Positions 56,149 through 64,000 of a DNA stretch of 64,000 nt are shown piece after piece (within the stretch, counting starts at the first letter, position 1; the number at the start of each line of letters is the position of its first letter). The stretch covers positions 233,165 to 297,164 of the IMG/VR virus record IMGVR_UViG_3300048121_001678; one strand, written 5' to 3'. The translations under genes and the position numbers were made by a program. The notes beneath the pieces are model-generated. The model worked only from the letters and a program-made list of their open reading frames with translations, searched no databases and had not been told where the DNA came from.

Positions 56149-56385
56149 TTAAAAATATCTTTGGTTTTTGGATTTGAATCTCATTGATTCTGATTTGACG
56201 GAATGTTTTGTTTTACGACCTTTGACTCTTTTCCTCCACATTTTGAATGAATTGGGTGAAAGGTTTTCTCTCATGATTTTACGGACATCATTTTCTTTGA
56301 GTCCGAATTGGGCTTCGATGGCGTCGAAAGGTGTTCGGTCTTCCCAGGCCATCTCAATAATTCTATCTAAAGTTTTTAAGTCCAT
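56149..56385 (-). CDS. TIGR03643/DUF2805-like protein
   Basis: DRIIEMAWEDRTPF.AI..QFGL.E..MR..L...SF..WRKRV.GRKTKH; family recalled from memory. Confidence 0.85.
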   Translation of the reverse strand: MDLKTLDRIIEMAWEDRTPFDAIEAQFGLKENDVRKIMRENLSPNSFKMWRKRVKGRKTKHSVKSESMRFKSKNQRYF

Positions 56386-56455
56386 TTACTCATTTAATTA
56401 AATAAAAAACCCCTCCACAATGGAAGGGGTTCAACTTCAAAATTTATTAGTATAA

Positions 56456-57100
56456 TTATTTTGTTAATATAGATAAAATTCCACCATAGTTTTCACCACC
56501 TTTAACCATACCATTGCTTACATTAACTTCATCTTCAATAGGTCCTCTAACTCTGTGTCTTAATAATAAATAAAAATTAGTTGGTTCACCATTTTTCATA
56601 ATTTGACCTTTATCACCAGAACCAGATAAAGTATAATTACCATTTGGTAAGTCAACTTTTGAAACCACATTATAACCATTTTTCTTTATATCCTCATACC
56701 TTGATAATACATTTCTTCCAATCGTATCAAAAAGTTCTTCCATTTTCTCCAATGGATATTCTTTACCCTTATAGTTGGACATTAAAGAAGGTATGATATC
56801 ACCTGACGCCCCTACATATACGTCTGAGAATTTTCCGTCAAACAGGTCTCTCACCTTAAATACTAATTGTTCACTACCGTTAGTATAGCTTATAGTGTCA
56901 ACAGTATCTGCGTATGTATGTTTACGTTTGAAACCGTAATTTGATGGCCAGTCAGGAAAATAATCACCCATTCGGTTCATAAGTCCACCAAGCATTTGAC
57001 GCTCATTCAAAGTTAAGGAATCTGGTCTATCTGCTGTTTCATTAACCAAACCCATCATCTGACGGATTTCGTTTACCTCTTTTAATATATTATTTTTCAT
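56456..57100 (-). CDS. Protein with head-targeting-like leader
   Basis: MKNNILKEVNEIRQMMGLVNE. Confidence 0.7.
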   Translation of the reverse strand: MKNNILKEVNEIRQMMGLVNETADRPDSLTLNERQMLGGLMNRMGDYFPDWPSNYGFKRKHTYADTVDTISYTNGSEQLVFKVRDLFDGKFSDVYVGASGDIIPSLMSNYKGKEYPLEKMEELFDTIGRNVLSRYEDIKKNGYNVVSKVDLPNGNYTLSGSGDKGQIMKNGEPTNFYLLLRHRVRGPIEDEVNVSNGMVKGGENYGGILSILTK

Positions 57101-57114
57101 AGTCTTATGATTAT

Positions 57115-57399
57115 TTAATTATCATATGTACTATCAGCTCCACCTGTAGAATATGATTTACCACCACCATACAGACTACCGTCTTTTTGTAATTTGTGGG
57201 TGTTACTATATATCCTTGTTACACCTTTTTCTTGTTTTAAAAATGGTCCTTTAACTTCAGTACCAGCTTGTACTTCTGTCAATTTATAAATTCCATCAGG
57301 GAAATCTTTAAGTGGTGCAGTACTTGTTAAACCTTCATTAATAACTCTATTAATGATTCTAACTAAATCGCTTTCTGTTAATGTTACGTTCTTTTTCAT
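57115..57399 (-). CDS. Small protein with head-targeting-like leader
   Basis: MKKNVTLTESDLVRIINRVINEG; TATTTAT at 57413-57419. Confidence 0.7.
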   Translation of the reverse strand: MKKNVTLTESDLVRIINRVINEGLTSTAPLKDFPDGIYKLTEVQAGTEVKGPFLKQEKGVTRIYSNTHKLQKDGSLYGGGKSYSTGGADSTYDN

Positions 57400-57525
57400 A
57401 CTTAAATTGTTTATAAATAAATATATTAAAAATAAAAAAAGGCGGTAGGGGGTCGGGGGATTTTTAGAGACACATTAATAAGACTTTCTTAAAAAGGGTT
57501 CCGGCATCAGAGAGATTATAATATA

Positions 57526-57573
57526 GGACCGAAGGTCCGAAAAAAATTGCGAAAGACTAACGACCGAAGGTCG
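57526..57573 (-). other. Two C(UUCG)G tetraloop hairpins in an intergenic region
   Basis: Minus strand ggacCTTCGgtcc (57526-57538) and cgacCTTCGgtcg (57561-57573). Confidence 0.6.
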
Positions 57574-57686
57574 GACGGGTTGCGCGACGTTTTTTATATA
57601 TTGTTTAAGACACCCTTTTTTATTAGACCCTCTACTTTTCAAGGGTCACTACACCGCCCTTTCAGGGTGGGTGTTGTTCCAAATAC

Positions 57687-58775
57687 TTACGTCCAAATAT
57701 TTTTTACCCAATTAATAGGGGCTTTAGATTGTCTACTACAATATCCATTATTTAGGAAGTATGAATTACCCTTATCATCTCCAAATATTTCTTTTCTCTT
57801 ATAATGGTCAGTACGAATACTCTCATATTCCTGATGGGACATCTGGCAAGAATAATACCCCTGTTCGGCAGTGTTAGAAATATAGTTATAGATACCGGCT
57901 GCTCCGTGTACTGTATTACCCCCGAGTTCAGCAGAGGCGTGACACAACTGAAATAGGAAGTCAGCGCCATAACAGGCAGTAAAGAATATAGTGGTATCAT
58001 CACCGACAACATCTTTCAATTCAGATAAAAGTCCGTCCACAGCAAGACCTTTACCACGAGACATCAACAGGTTCTGTCCATCTCCGTGAGAACCGATAAC
58101 CACCTCTTTTAATGGGGTCTTCATATTACCTTTCTTTTTACGGACCACATTTATGGCATCTTCGGATGAGGTAAACACCCCTGTAACGATACCTAAAGAT
58201 TTCATAAGATAGGCTCCGATGGTCTCCCAACCTTTTTTCGGGAAGGTAAGATATAGAGAACTCGTCTTAAGTAGTCCTTCCTTCAATACGGATTCTTTTA
58301 TACTTCTTTTGTAGTCGGTCTTCTTCCAATATTTCGGAGGGTTGTCATAAAACAGTTTTGTATTTGTACTTCCCACTTCGATACTAAACTCATCGTAGGC
58401 CCCGACCATATCGTGAAAACCAATAACGATATCGGCAAAATCTGAAAAGATATTAAAACCATAATATCTTAGAAAGGATTTTTGTAGCCACGGGATAAGG
58501 ACTTTATCTGCGACCAAGTAATGGTCAATCGGCAAGTTCAATAGATGGTCTACATCGAAATAGACATCCAAGTGTATGTCTCCTGGCCCGACGTATTCAT
58601 AACCGTCAACGACCAATCGTTTCATCGTCACAGGATAGACCGATAACTTCATATCTTTTATGTGACCAATAAACCCTGAAAGGTCGGCAACCAAGTCCCC
58701 ATCAACAGGGGCGTTACCAATGAAGTTTTTCCAATTCTTATTAAAGTAATCTATTAGTGAATCAGTTACATTCAT
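57687..58775 (-). CDS. Two-domain protein with C-terminal caspase/CHAT-fold-like peptidase motifs
   Basis: VVIGSHGDG and IFFTACYGA His/Cys dyad after an internal SIKESVLKEG. Confidence 0.6.
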   Translation of the reverse strand: MNVTDSLIDYFNKNWKNFIGNAPVDGDLVADLSGFIGHIKDMKLSVYPVTMKRLVVDGYEYVGPGDIHLDVYFDVDHLLNLPIDHYLVADKVLIPWLQKSFLRYYGFNIFSDFADIVIGFHDMVGAYDEFSIEVGSTNTKLFYDNPPKYWKKTDYKRSIKESVLKEGLLKTSSLYLTFPKKGWETIGAYLMKSLGIVTGVFTSSEDAINVVRKKKGNMKTPLKEVVIGSHGDGQNLLMSRGKGLAVDGLLSELKDVVGDDTTIFFTACYGADFLFQLCHASAELGGNTVHGAAGIYNYISNTAEQGYYSCQMSHQEYESIRTDHYKRKEIFGDDKGNSYFLNNGYCSRQSKAPINWVKNIWT

Positions 58776-59293
58776 TCTTCTGTCTTGTTAATATGGTCTT
58801 GATACCTTTTCTCAGATTCTGATGATATCTTACCAATATGAAGACCAAACTTATTTCTAACTTCATTAAGTACTGTTCTTATCGTATATATTACACAAGT
58901 ATCATCATAACATTGTTCATCGTATTCGATTTCGTCATCATAGTCTTCAGGACATTCGAAGTTTGGGTCAATAGTATATCTATAGTTTAGTGACGAACTA
59001 CCACCAATACCGTTATACATTAAATCCATATTAACGGATGAGTCGGTTTTAAGAGGATATTTAACATCGACATATGTAATGTCCAAGTCACAAGGAGATT
59101 TAGAACTAAGTTTTTCTTTAATAAACCTTTCGACATTTTCTAATAACTCCCCTTGGGGGATATTAAGATATTCCTCAACAGTTTCCACATACTCATCGAA
59201 TGTTCGGAAGTTACGACCAATATACTTGGTGGTATACCAATCAATCTTACCGAGGGTATCCCATAGAATAAAAATTTGTTCCTTATTTACCAT
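58772..59293 (-). CDS. Hypothetical protein
   Basis: TATTTAT at 59298-59304. Confidence 0.65.
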   Translation of the reverse strand: MVNKEQIFILWDTLGKIDWYTTKYIGRNFRTFDEYVETVEEYLNIPQGELLENVERFIKEKLSSKSPCDLDITYVDVKYPLKTDSSVNMDLMYNGIGGSSSLNYRYTIDPNFECPEDYDDEIEYDEQCYDDTCVIYTIRTVLNEVRNKFGLHIGKISSESEKRYQDHINKTEE

Positions 59294-59321
59294 AATAATA
59301 AATATATACGTTGGAGGAAAC

Positions 59322-59693
59322 TTACAGGTTATTCACTACTCGTTCATAACTCGGCCCCATATCAATACTTTCACCACTCTTCCAATGTACATTACCCCCA
59401 TTAGATAAATTAAACTCAAAGAATAATATATCCCTATTGTCGTAATCCCAATAGTACATACCAAACCCCATATACTTCATGGTCGATATTAAATCCTCAA
59501 TATCTTCAGCACTGTATTTGTTGTCATCATTCAATAACTGTATACCAAACCTCTTCGGACTCTCAATGGTATAATCATTATATCCCAATATCTCAACAAC
59601 ATCATAAGGTCTATCAAAATAAAAAGAGATACACCCAAACTTTGGATGTACCTCACTAATAATTTCCTTAACCTTATTTAAGTCGTAATCCAT
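59322..59693 (-). CDS. Hypothetical protein
   Basis: 123 aa ORF. Confidence 0.6.
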   Translation of the reverse strand: MDYDLNKVKEIISEVHPKFGCISFYFDRPYDVVEILGYNDYTIESPKRFGIQLLNDDNKYSAEDIEDLISTMKYMGFGMYYWDYDNRDILFFEFNLSNGGNVHWKSGESIDMGPSYERVVNNL

Positions 59694-59916
59694 ATTACGC
59701 CTGTTCCTTATATATCTCAGTTCTAAACCTTATATACTTTGAACCAACACCTATACCCTTGTCGACTCCTCGTTTCCAAATCTCTTCCCTATCAGGGTAG
59801 ACCAAGATAAATCCCTTATCTATAAATCTAATACTATTCATTTCCTCCATATACATATAATAAAAAAACCTCCTACAAAGTAAAAGGTCATTATATACAA
59901 AATTTTCCCAAAATTT

Positions 59917-60291
59917 TTATTTCCCAATCTCTGAACGTAACTCAATATATCTCTTGTCTAACTTCGTACTGTAATAGTCCATAAGTGGTTTCCTAATCAT
60001 ATCATGATACAACTCATCGTTAGAACCCTCCTCATCATAATCACCAAATATACTCTGATGACCATTTTCAATCCCATCAGACATATTAAGTAACATTTCA
60101 TCTATAACAATCTTCTTGAATGCAAATAAACTACAGTTATATAAGATACTATTGGGATTGATGAAATCATTAGAAGTAGAATCCAAAGAATCGTAAAATT
60201 CATTATCCATACTTTGAATATCTATCCTCCTCCTAACATTAAGAGGTATACTCCTTAAAACTTCCTCCTTGATGATGTCGATTAATTTCAT
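59917..60291 (-). CDS. Protein with short (I/L)xE leader
   Basis: MKLIDIIKEEV; TATTTAT at 60296-60302. Confidence 0.65.
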   Translation of the reverse strand: MKLIDIIKEEVLRSIPLNVRRRIDIQSMDNEFYDSLDSTSNDFINPNSILYNCSLFAFKKIVIDEMLLNMSDGIENGHQSIFGDYDEEGSNDELYHDMIRKPLMDYYSTKLDKRYIELRSEIGK

Positions 60292-60399
60292 ATAGATAAA
60301 TATATAAGATTATTTAAATATATCACACTCATCCTTAACCCACCTCAACCATACATTGGGGAAGGATATTAAAAATTGAGTAATGATTTTAATCCTCAA

Positions 60400-60582
60400 T
60401 TATGACAACTGATTTACTCGACCCATTATATATGATTTCTTTCTCTCCAATTCATCAACCAACCTTTGGTCGTTTGAATCCAAATCAAACTTATTCATCT
60501 TAATCTGTCCTATCTGATTATCTAACCTATGGTACTCAGCCAAAAATCTACTGTATAATTCCGCTTTCTCCGTATTGTTCAT
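60400..60582 (-). CDS. Small helical protein
   Basis: 60 aa ORF. Confidence 0.6.
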   Translation of the reverse strand: MNNTEKAELYSRFLAEYHRLDNQIGQIKMNKFDLDSNDQRLVDELERKKSYIMGRVNQLS

Positions 60583-61038
60583 ATTCTATATATATTTGAA
60601 CATAAGATAATAATACATCCATAATTGTATATATTACCCAAATTTTCCCAAAAATTCTTTTTCACTATTTTACCCTATTTTCAAATAGGGGGTCGTGTTT
60701 TAGAAACAACCGTTTAATTTCCAATTTTTCCCAAAATTTTTTATAAACATTTTTATTACCATTTTCCCATAAGTTTTATTTAGGGGATTAAACCCCCAAA
60801 AAGACCCTTAAAAGGGGAAGGGGAGGGGGGATACGGGACCCCCATACAGGAGGGGGGGACCCCATAGGGGGCTATAACGGGGGGTATATAGGTATTGGAC
60901 ATATGGGGGGTGGTACCCTTAGGGAATATCTATGGGTGTCATGTCATAGGGGTGAGATGGCCAAATATATAATGGGGAAGTTATTAACAGACATGGTGTC
61001 AGGTTCATAAGTTTATTTGTGTATGTCAAATAATTGTT

Positions 61039-61253
61039 GTATCTTTGTTATGGTGCTTTAGAGTTTCCTTCCCCCGACACTTAGGGGCAGGTTGGAGTCT
61101 ACTCGGTCCCCATCGGTGATGATGGTTACACCACAAAGATAAGGATAAAAAAGTTACCATACAAGTTGTTTATTAAAAAAGAATGTTGTATCTTTACACT
61201 GATGCTTTGGTGTGTGTTTCCCCGTAGGGTTTAGAGCACCATAACAAAGATAC
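61039..61253. repeat. 19-bp perfect inverted repeat carrying convergent TATCTTTG promoter motifs
   Basis: gtatctttgttatggtgct (61039-61057) and agcaccataacaaagatac (61235-61253). Confidence 0.85.
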
Positions 61254-61283
61254 GGATTATATATGAGACCACCAAATTAAATG

Positions 61284-61610
61284 TTATTTATTATCGGGAT
61301 TAGTATGGTTATCCATTATCCCCATACAATGATATATTATATCCAACCTCAACTGTTCATACTTGTCCTCACCCATACCCATATACTTTGAGAAGAATTC
61401 AAATAGGGGTATCAGATAAGCATCAACAATAATATAGTTGTTCACCTTGACGGGTTTCTTACTCCACCCACTCTTAGCTCTTTCAAACCATATCACACAT
61501 TCGGGAACCACCTCACTATTATTGGTGAGGATGACTTTCATACCATTCTTATCCTCATCTACCCTGTGGGTAAAGTTCTCCTTTATATATTCTATCATCT
61601 CCATATCCAT
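61284..61610 (-). CDS. Hypothetical protein
   Basis: 108 aa ORF inside the non-coding region. Confidence 0.55.
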   Translation of the reverse strand: MDMEMIEYIKENFTHRVDEDKNGMKVILTNNSEVVPECVIWFERAKSGWSKKPVKVNNYIIVDAYLIPLFEFFSKYMGMGEDKYEQLRLDIIYHCMGIMDNHTNPDNK

Positions 61611-62562
61611 AAGTATAATATTATTTTATCTTATATCCATATTAACCCCACTTTTATTTGGTATTGTCATCTTGTCATTTATACACGGTACAGTAAATCC
61701 CCGTTATCACCCACACCTTTCCCGTAGGGGAATTACCCCTGAGAAACTTATAAACAGGATTTTGTTAAAAACTATTTACCATTTTTCTTGGATTTGTCAA
61801 AATGTCAGAGGGGAGCTACATGGGGGATAGAACTTTGGAGGGTTTTCCCACTATCCCCCACTGAGGTCTGTAAAGGGTAAAACACCACTTTTTCTGTGAT
61901 TTCATCGGCAGAATCCCCACTTTATTGATTTTGTATATGTTATAATAGTGTAGAAATAGGTATGTATATATTCCAGTAAATAATAGTAGTTTGTATAGTG
62001 TTGCGGCCGAGACGAAGTCTTAAAGGTTTAATTAATTACCTCCAACGTCCCCGTAGGGGTGAATTATTTAGAATGACCTAAAAATAAGGTCTTTTTGTCA
62101 GACTATCATAAGTGGTAGAAAGTGGGAGAAAGTATTGTAATATATAACCCTTATGGGTTATTGTTTATATACTATGGATATATTTCTCTTAAGGGGTATT
62201 GTGTATATACTATTATCATATAAACCCTTTAGGGTTATGAATAAGTATTGTATGGATATCCTCTATAGGTTGTAGTGAATTAGTCTTTAGATGACCTTCT
62301 ATAGGGGATTTGGGGTAAAGTTATTTTCAGACCCTGTAAGTGAATGACCCGATAGGGGAATGAACGTCCCTGAAAGGGTAAAGGGGGATGGGAATTACTT
62401 TACACCTATATCCTCTTATTTATTATAATATAGTATGTGGGTAGTTGATAATATAATTAGGGGATTAGGTATGATGATGGGTTTTACCTTATTGGGATAT
62501 TCGTTAATACATATTTATCTTTCTATACGTAGATACTTTGATAAATGATTATATTTATTACT

Positions 62563-62829
62563 ATGGAATTAACGTCTGATACTATTATGAAACTTGTATC
62601 CTCTTTACTTAGTGAGGAGTGGTATAGTCTTATTGATGACATTAGTGTGGAGTATCAGGAGAGGAATAGTAATAATCATGATGCTGTGACCGTTTATGTT
62701 ACATTGAATCAGGATGCTATTGATAACCACGGTGATGATAAGGACGATATTGAGTTTGAGATAGAGTCTAACATTAGAAATATTGTTAAGTACATCTCCC
62801 CGTCTTTTGTATTCGTTGTTTTCCTTTAA
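62563..62829 (+). CDS. Small alpha/beta paralog 1
   Basis: Start refined after TATTTAT at 62552-62558; ends IRNIVKYISPSFV. Confidence 0.7.
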   Translation: MELTSDTIMKLVSSLLSEEWYSLIDDISVEYQERNSNNHDAVTVYVTLNQDAIDNHGDDKDDIEFEIESNIRNIVKYISPSFVFVVFL

Positions 62830-62838
62830 TATAAAATT

Positions 62839-63099
62839 ATGAATGTAACACCCGAAACAGTTAGAACGTTATTGGATTCTTTGGTAACCCCTGAGTTTGA
62901 TGACATTGTTGATTACGACATCATTACTCGTCAGAACGATGAGGGTAAAACAGGTGTCGGTATTGATGTTATTATGAAACATAAGATTATCTTTAGTAAA
63001 CAAGATGAATACGATATTGAACGTAGGATTAGAAACGTGATGAAATATATCTCCCCCTCTTTTGTTATGGTGGAGTTTTATGTTACCGACGATTATTAA
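62839..63099 (+). CDS. Small alpha/beta paralog 2
   Basis: Ends IRNVMKYISPSFV. Confidence 0.7.
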   Translation: MNVTPETVRTLLDSLVTPEFDDIVDYDIITRQNDEGKTGVGIDVIMKHKIIFSKQDEYDIERRIRNVMKYISPSFVMVEFYVTDDY

Positions 63100-63105
63100 T
63101 TAACT

Positions 63106-63396
63106 ATGGAGATTACACACGAATTAATTAAAAACCTTTTGGTTAGTTTGGTTAACCCGAAATATCCTGACTTGATTCATGACTATATGATAAAATCATC
63201 TGAGATAGGTGATTATACCGCATACGCCATTGGTGTTATTGTGAAACCTGACGAGTATACCGATATGGAAACTTATAATGGAAACCCATTCTCAGGATTG
63301 GATAGTAAGGTGGAGAAAGACGTTAAAGATACTTTGAGGTATGTTGGATTGGGACCCACTAACTCTACAGTAAGTTTATTCGTATTAGAAGATTAA
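63106..63396 (+). CDS. Small alpha/beta paralog 3
   Basis: IKNLLVSLV.PKY..VKDTLRYVG. Confidence 0.7.
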   Translation: MEITHELIKNLLVSLVNPKYPDLIHDYMIKSSEIGDYTAYAIGVIVKPDEYTDMETYNGNPFSGLDSKVEKDVKDTLRYVGLGPTNSTVSLFVLED

Positions 63397-63399
63397 GAA

Positions 63400-63984
63400 A
63401 TGGAAACAAATCAAATAAATAACTTCTTAGCCAAATACGTTAAATCGGTTTATGACGCCGATGTTTATATTGTCGACAACAATGATTGGCTCTACCCGAA
63501 GATGATTGTATACCCTTATAAGTTTTTGAAAAACAGTAAGGAGTACGACCCTGAATATGAGAAACTATTATACCATGATAACTTTGTTAAACTTCTAAAA
63601 GACTCTTTGAAGTATATCGGTAAAAGTGATATGTCATATAACAGACCTGAATATACATTGTCAGAAGATTGGGGTGAATACTTTAATGATTATCTTAAAA
63701 ACCTTGAATACCTTATCCCGATGTTCTTTGATACAGATTATCTTCCCGAAGATAAACAAGGGATTGTTGAAGATACTGACGCTAAAGTTGGTAACGTATG
63801 GTTCACTGGCGGATATTTAGTTAATGGTATGATAGCACCAATTGAACCCGAATTGAGTGTTAAGATTGTTGTTAGTAAAAAAGGAAAAGATATGATTCAT
63901 ACTTACTCTCCATCCTTTGATGACTATTTATCTAATAACATGAACGTCGATGAACAAATCGAACTATATTTTGATATAAAGTAA
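63400..63984 (+). CDS. Hypothetical protein (paralog-like N-terminal domain)
   Basis: LLKDSLKYIG. Confidence 0.65.
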   Translation: METNQINNFLAKYVKSVYDADVYIVDNNDWLYPKMIVYPYKFLKNSKEYDPEYEKLLYHDNFVKLLKDSLKYIGKSDMSYNRPEYTLSEDWGEYFNDYLKNLEYLIPMFFDTDYLPEDKQGIVEDTDAKVGNVWFTGGYLVNGMIAPIEPELSVKIVVSKKGKDMIHTYSPSFDDYLSNNMNVDEQIELYFDIK

Positions 63985-64000
63985 TGAAAAAGTATTTAAT

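Larger units (their letters stand above)
55549..56413. repeat. 30-bp direct repeat at the foot of two terminators
   Basis: atttactcatttaattaaataaaaaacccc at 55549-55578 and 56384-56413. Confidence 0.85.
60600..62540. other. Mostly non-coding divergent region, candidate replication origin or packaging region
   Basis: Genes point away on both sides; C-rich to G-rich switch; G-tracts at 60805-60920; repeated aattttcccaaaaatt; repeated CCC-N3-4-GGG hairpins. Confidence 0.5.

Noticed and set aside
60741-61756. DnaA boxes (TTATAAACA at 60741 and 61748, TTATTAACA at 60981)
   Set aside because: Few, degenerate and expected by chance at this AT content.
2659-63820. Many alternate-frame or antisense ORFs (e.g. 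2659, 4523, 7889, 9136, 27539, 42883, 46358, 53617, 55714, 57547, 59079, 61438)
   Set aside because: They overlap better-supported genes or structured elements and lack motifs or promoters.
1-64000. Stop-codon reassignment (code 15 or 4), as in some huge phages
   Set aside because: Recognisable enzymes are full length under code 11, and TAA, TAG and TGA all end genes; no suppressor tRNA seen.
1-64000. Bacterial chromosome origin
   Set aside because: No ribosomal or core housekeeping operons; isolated auxiliary enzymes among many short hypotheticals, plus lysins, tRNAs and tmRNA, fit a large phage. Hallmark virion genes are outside the window, so this is not proven.

Overview
AT-rich, gene-dense 64 kb segment that looks like the accessory region of a very large lytic dsDNA phage (huge or jumbo phage). 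No capsid, terminase or polymerase gene is in the window, so this call rests on gene content and organisation. The host is probably Bacteroidota (Flavobacteriia-like). Support: TAnnTTTG promoters, a tmRNA tag starting GET, boxA-like sites, flavobacterial-type small genes and a T9SS-like cargo protein. It carries a tmRNA, six tRNAs, ClpP, lysins, and many auxiliary metabolic and glycan-decoration enzymes. Many hypothetical genes have TATTTAT-type promoters and N-terminal (I/L)xE leaders resembling capsid-targeting sequences. Top finding: a tightly linked minus-strand operon (43303-47047) with a compact 7-TM type-1 rhodopsin (DTQ motif, retinal Lys180), a PAS histidine kinase, a stand-alone receiver and two membrane coiled-coil proteins. 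This is a candidate phage-encoded light-sensing system, next to a GAF-like holin candidate. Other strong findings: a cyanobacterial-type group I intron in tRNA-Leu(UAA) with an HNH gene in its P1 loop; an array of micro-gene cassettes joined by a 22-bp repeat that supplies each stop/start junction; and a divergent, mostly non-coding, origin-like region near 60.6-62.5 kb. All calls come from reading the sequence; no database search was run.
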